DNA of 62,309 nt, counting the filler. It is 6 parts of 6 records of this genome, joined end to end, with 100 filler letters (N's around TTAATTAATTAA, not from the genome) between each part and the next. Parts side by side here need not be neighbours in the genome. Positions count along the whole stretch, not along the records: positions 57,121 to 62,309 come from SRR31156797_22402; 5 more parts are not named here. One strand, written 5' to 3'. Below, one piece after another: positions 60,796 to 62,309 of this stretch. The notes under the pieces were generated by a model. It saw only the letters and a list, made by a program, of their open reading frames with translations. It was not told the DNA's origin and did no database searches. Numbering within the stretch: the first letter of the stretch is position 1; each line of letters opens with the position of its first letter. The translations under genes were made by a program, and so were the position numbers.

Positions 60796-60824
60796 ACTCT
60801 AAGACTTTAATTTAGTCTTAGAGT
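60796..60824. terminator. hairpin after glnS (possible terminator)
   Basis: ACTCTAAGACT-7nt-AGTCTTAGAGT; no strong U-tract. Confidence 0.45.
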
Positions 60825-60829
60825 ATATG

Positions 60830-62308
60830 TTAGCTAAGTTTTTTTGCTACTAGTTCATTTACAACTTTTGGGTTTGCTTTTCCATTTGTTGCTTTTATGA
60901 CTTGACCAATAAAAAATCCAAATAGTTTTTGATTTCCAGCTTTGTATTTTTCTACATTATCTGGATTTTTTTCTATAATCTCATCAATAATTGGTAAAAT
61001 AACTTCTGGATCACTAATTTGAACTAAGCCTTTAGCTTCAACGATTTTTGAAGGTTCTTCCCCTGTTTGTGCCATCTCTTCAAATACTTGTTTTGCAATT
61101 TTACTTGAGATAAGTTCATTATCAATCATTTCTATAAGTTTTGCAATCTGTTTAGCAGTAAATTTTAGTTCACTTATTTCTTTTTCTTTTAGCTCTTTTG
61201 CCACATCATTTGCAACAATATTTGCTATAGAAACAGGGCTGTTTAGTTCACTTAAACTCTCTTCATAAAAAGATGAAAGTTTTGCATCTCTAGCAAGTAT
61301 ATTTGAAACTTCATTGTTAAGCTTTAACTCTTTTGTATATCTATCAAAAAGTACTTGTTGCTCTTGTGTTAAAGGCTCAGCTTCTCCATGAATAACCTCT
61401 TTTTTCTCAACTTTTGGAGTAGTTACTACTTTTGGTTTATCTTCATCTTTTTTACTTTTTTTAGCCCAAGAATCTTTCAAACTAACAATCTTATTAAATA
61501 CTGGTTTTTCATCAGTATAATCAATTGGGTCAGCATAGAAGTAACCTTGTCTTTCAAACTGAAATCTCTCATCTGCTTTTTCAGTAATAACAGCAGGCTC
61601 TATTAAAGCATCTTTTATAATAGAAAGTGAGTTAGGGTTTAAGTCTTCTAAGTCTTCAGGAGCTTCGTTTTTATAAAGTCTATCATAAAGTCTTACTTCT
61701 ATTTTTTTAGCCTCTTTTGCATCAACCCATTGGATTGCACTTTTTACTTTTATACCACTTGTATCTTGTCCACTTTTTGAGTTTGGATTGTATGTTGCAA
61801 TTATCTCTACAATATTTCCATTTTCATCTTTTTTTATCTCTTTACAAGTGATAATATATGCGTGTCTTAATCTTACTGCTTGCTCAAGAGTTAATCTATT
61901 GTAACCTTTTACTGGGGTTTCACTAAAGTCTTCTCTTTCAATATAGATTTCATTTGAAAAAGGTATTTTTCTTGAACCCTCTTTGGGAACATCGTGAGGA
62001 TAATATGAAGCTTCAATCTCTTCATTTCCTTCATAGTTTTCAATAGTTACTTTGATTGGGTCAAGTACACACATAACTCTTGGAACTTTTTTATTTAAAT
62101 CATCTCTAATACAAAATTCAAGTTGTGATACATCAACCATAGAGTTTGCTTTTGCAATACCTATTTGCTCACAAAAGTTTAATATCGACTCAGGAGTATA
62201 TCCTCTTCTTTTATATCCTGCTATAGTTGGCATTCTTGGGTCATCCCAACCATTTACATAGTTTCCATTTACAAGCTCTAGAAGTTTTCTTTTACTCATA
62301 ACTGTATA
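60830..62308 (-). CDS. glnS: glutamine--tRNA ligase with C-terminal GatB/YqeY-like domain (5'-truncated)
   Basis: VMSKR, GWDDPRMPTI, VRLRHAY, FQFERQGYF, then a YqeY-like domain (GLVQISD, YKAG..KLFGFFIGQV..T.GKANP). Confidence 0.93.
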   Translation of the reverse strand, partial: YTVMSKRKLLELVNGNYVNGWDDPRMPTIAGYKRRGYTPESILNFCEQIGIAKANSMVDVSQLEFCIRDDLNKKVPRVMCVLDPIKVTIENYEGNEEIEASYYPHDVPKEGSRKIPFSNEIYIEREDFSETPVKGYNRLTLEQAVRLRHAYIITCKEIKKDENGNIVEIIATYNPNSKSGQDTSGIKVKSAIQWVDAKEAKKIEVRLYDRLYKNEAPEDLEDLNPNSLSIIKDALIEPAVITEKADERFQFERQGYFYADPIDYTDEKPVFNKIVSLKDSWAKKSKKDEDKPKVVTTPKVEKKEVIHGEAEPLTQEQQVLFDRYTKELKLNNEVSNILARDAKLSSFYEESLSELNSPVSIANIVANDVAKELKEKEISELKFTAKQIAKLIEMIDNELISSKIAKQVFEEMAQTGEEPSKIVEAKGLVQISDPEVILPIIDEIIEKNPDNVEKYKAGNQKLFGFFIGQVIKATNGKANPKVVNELVAKKLS

Positions 62309-62309
62309 G

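Overview
The window is not one chromosome. It is six sequence blocks joined by artificial 100-nt linkers (44 N + TTAATTAATTAA + 44 N) at 7228-7327, 15600-15699, 42561-42660, 50414-50513 and 57021-57120, so gene neighbourhoods across linkers are meaningless. Block 1 (1-7227, AT-rich, Campylobacterota, Arcobacter-like) is a flagellar/chemotaxis locus (flgG, cheY, cheZ, flgF, flgB, fliF, partial fliG) plus two odd genes: a FliY/CheC-like domain linked through a TM helix to a SPOR-like domain, and a basic 15-aa-repeat protein. Block 2 (7328-15599, Bacteroidota-like) is a glycan-utilisation cluster (GH2-like, beta-helix, GH95/DUF5703-like) containing a UroD/MetE-fold protein. Block 3 (15700-42560, Desulfovibrionaceae-like) carries darP, a Cys-rich small protein behind a Rex-like box, a DMT transporter, sqr plus DUF1641, mqnD/E/C/A, a LysR regulator, the alpha/spc/S10/str ribosomal gene clusters (tuf, adk and infA absent from their usual positions) and the 3' end of rpoC. 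Block 4 (42661-50413, low-GC, Bacillota-like) holds an aconitase, a 2-hydroxyacid dehydrogenase, a 2-hydroxycarboxylate transporter, an OtnC-like class II aldolase, CidA/LrgB and a CcpC-like LysR, with REP-like repeats. Blocks 5-6 (50514-62309, Arcobacter-like) contain MCP fragments, an unannotated 36-aa membrane protein, a YgbA/hemerythrin/Crp-Fnr module with a perfect TTGAT-N4-ATCAA box, a metallophosphoesterase, histidine kinases, a PPIase and GlnRS-YqeY. No rRNA, tRNA, CRISPR array or transposase was seen. The best candidates for undescribed biology are the FliY-TM-SPOR fusion, the UroD-fold protein in the glycan cluster, the aconitase/OtnC-like cluster and the nitrosative-stress hemerythrin module. 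All family assignments come from recognising motifs by eye, not from database searches.
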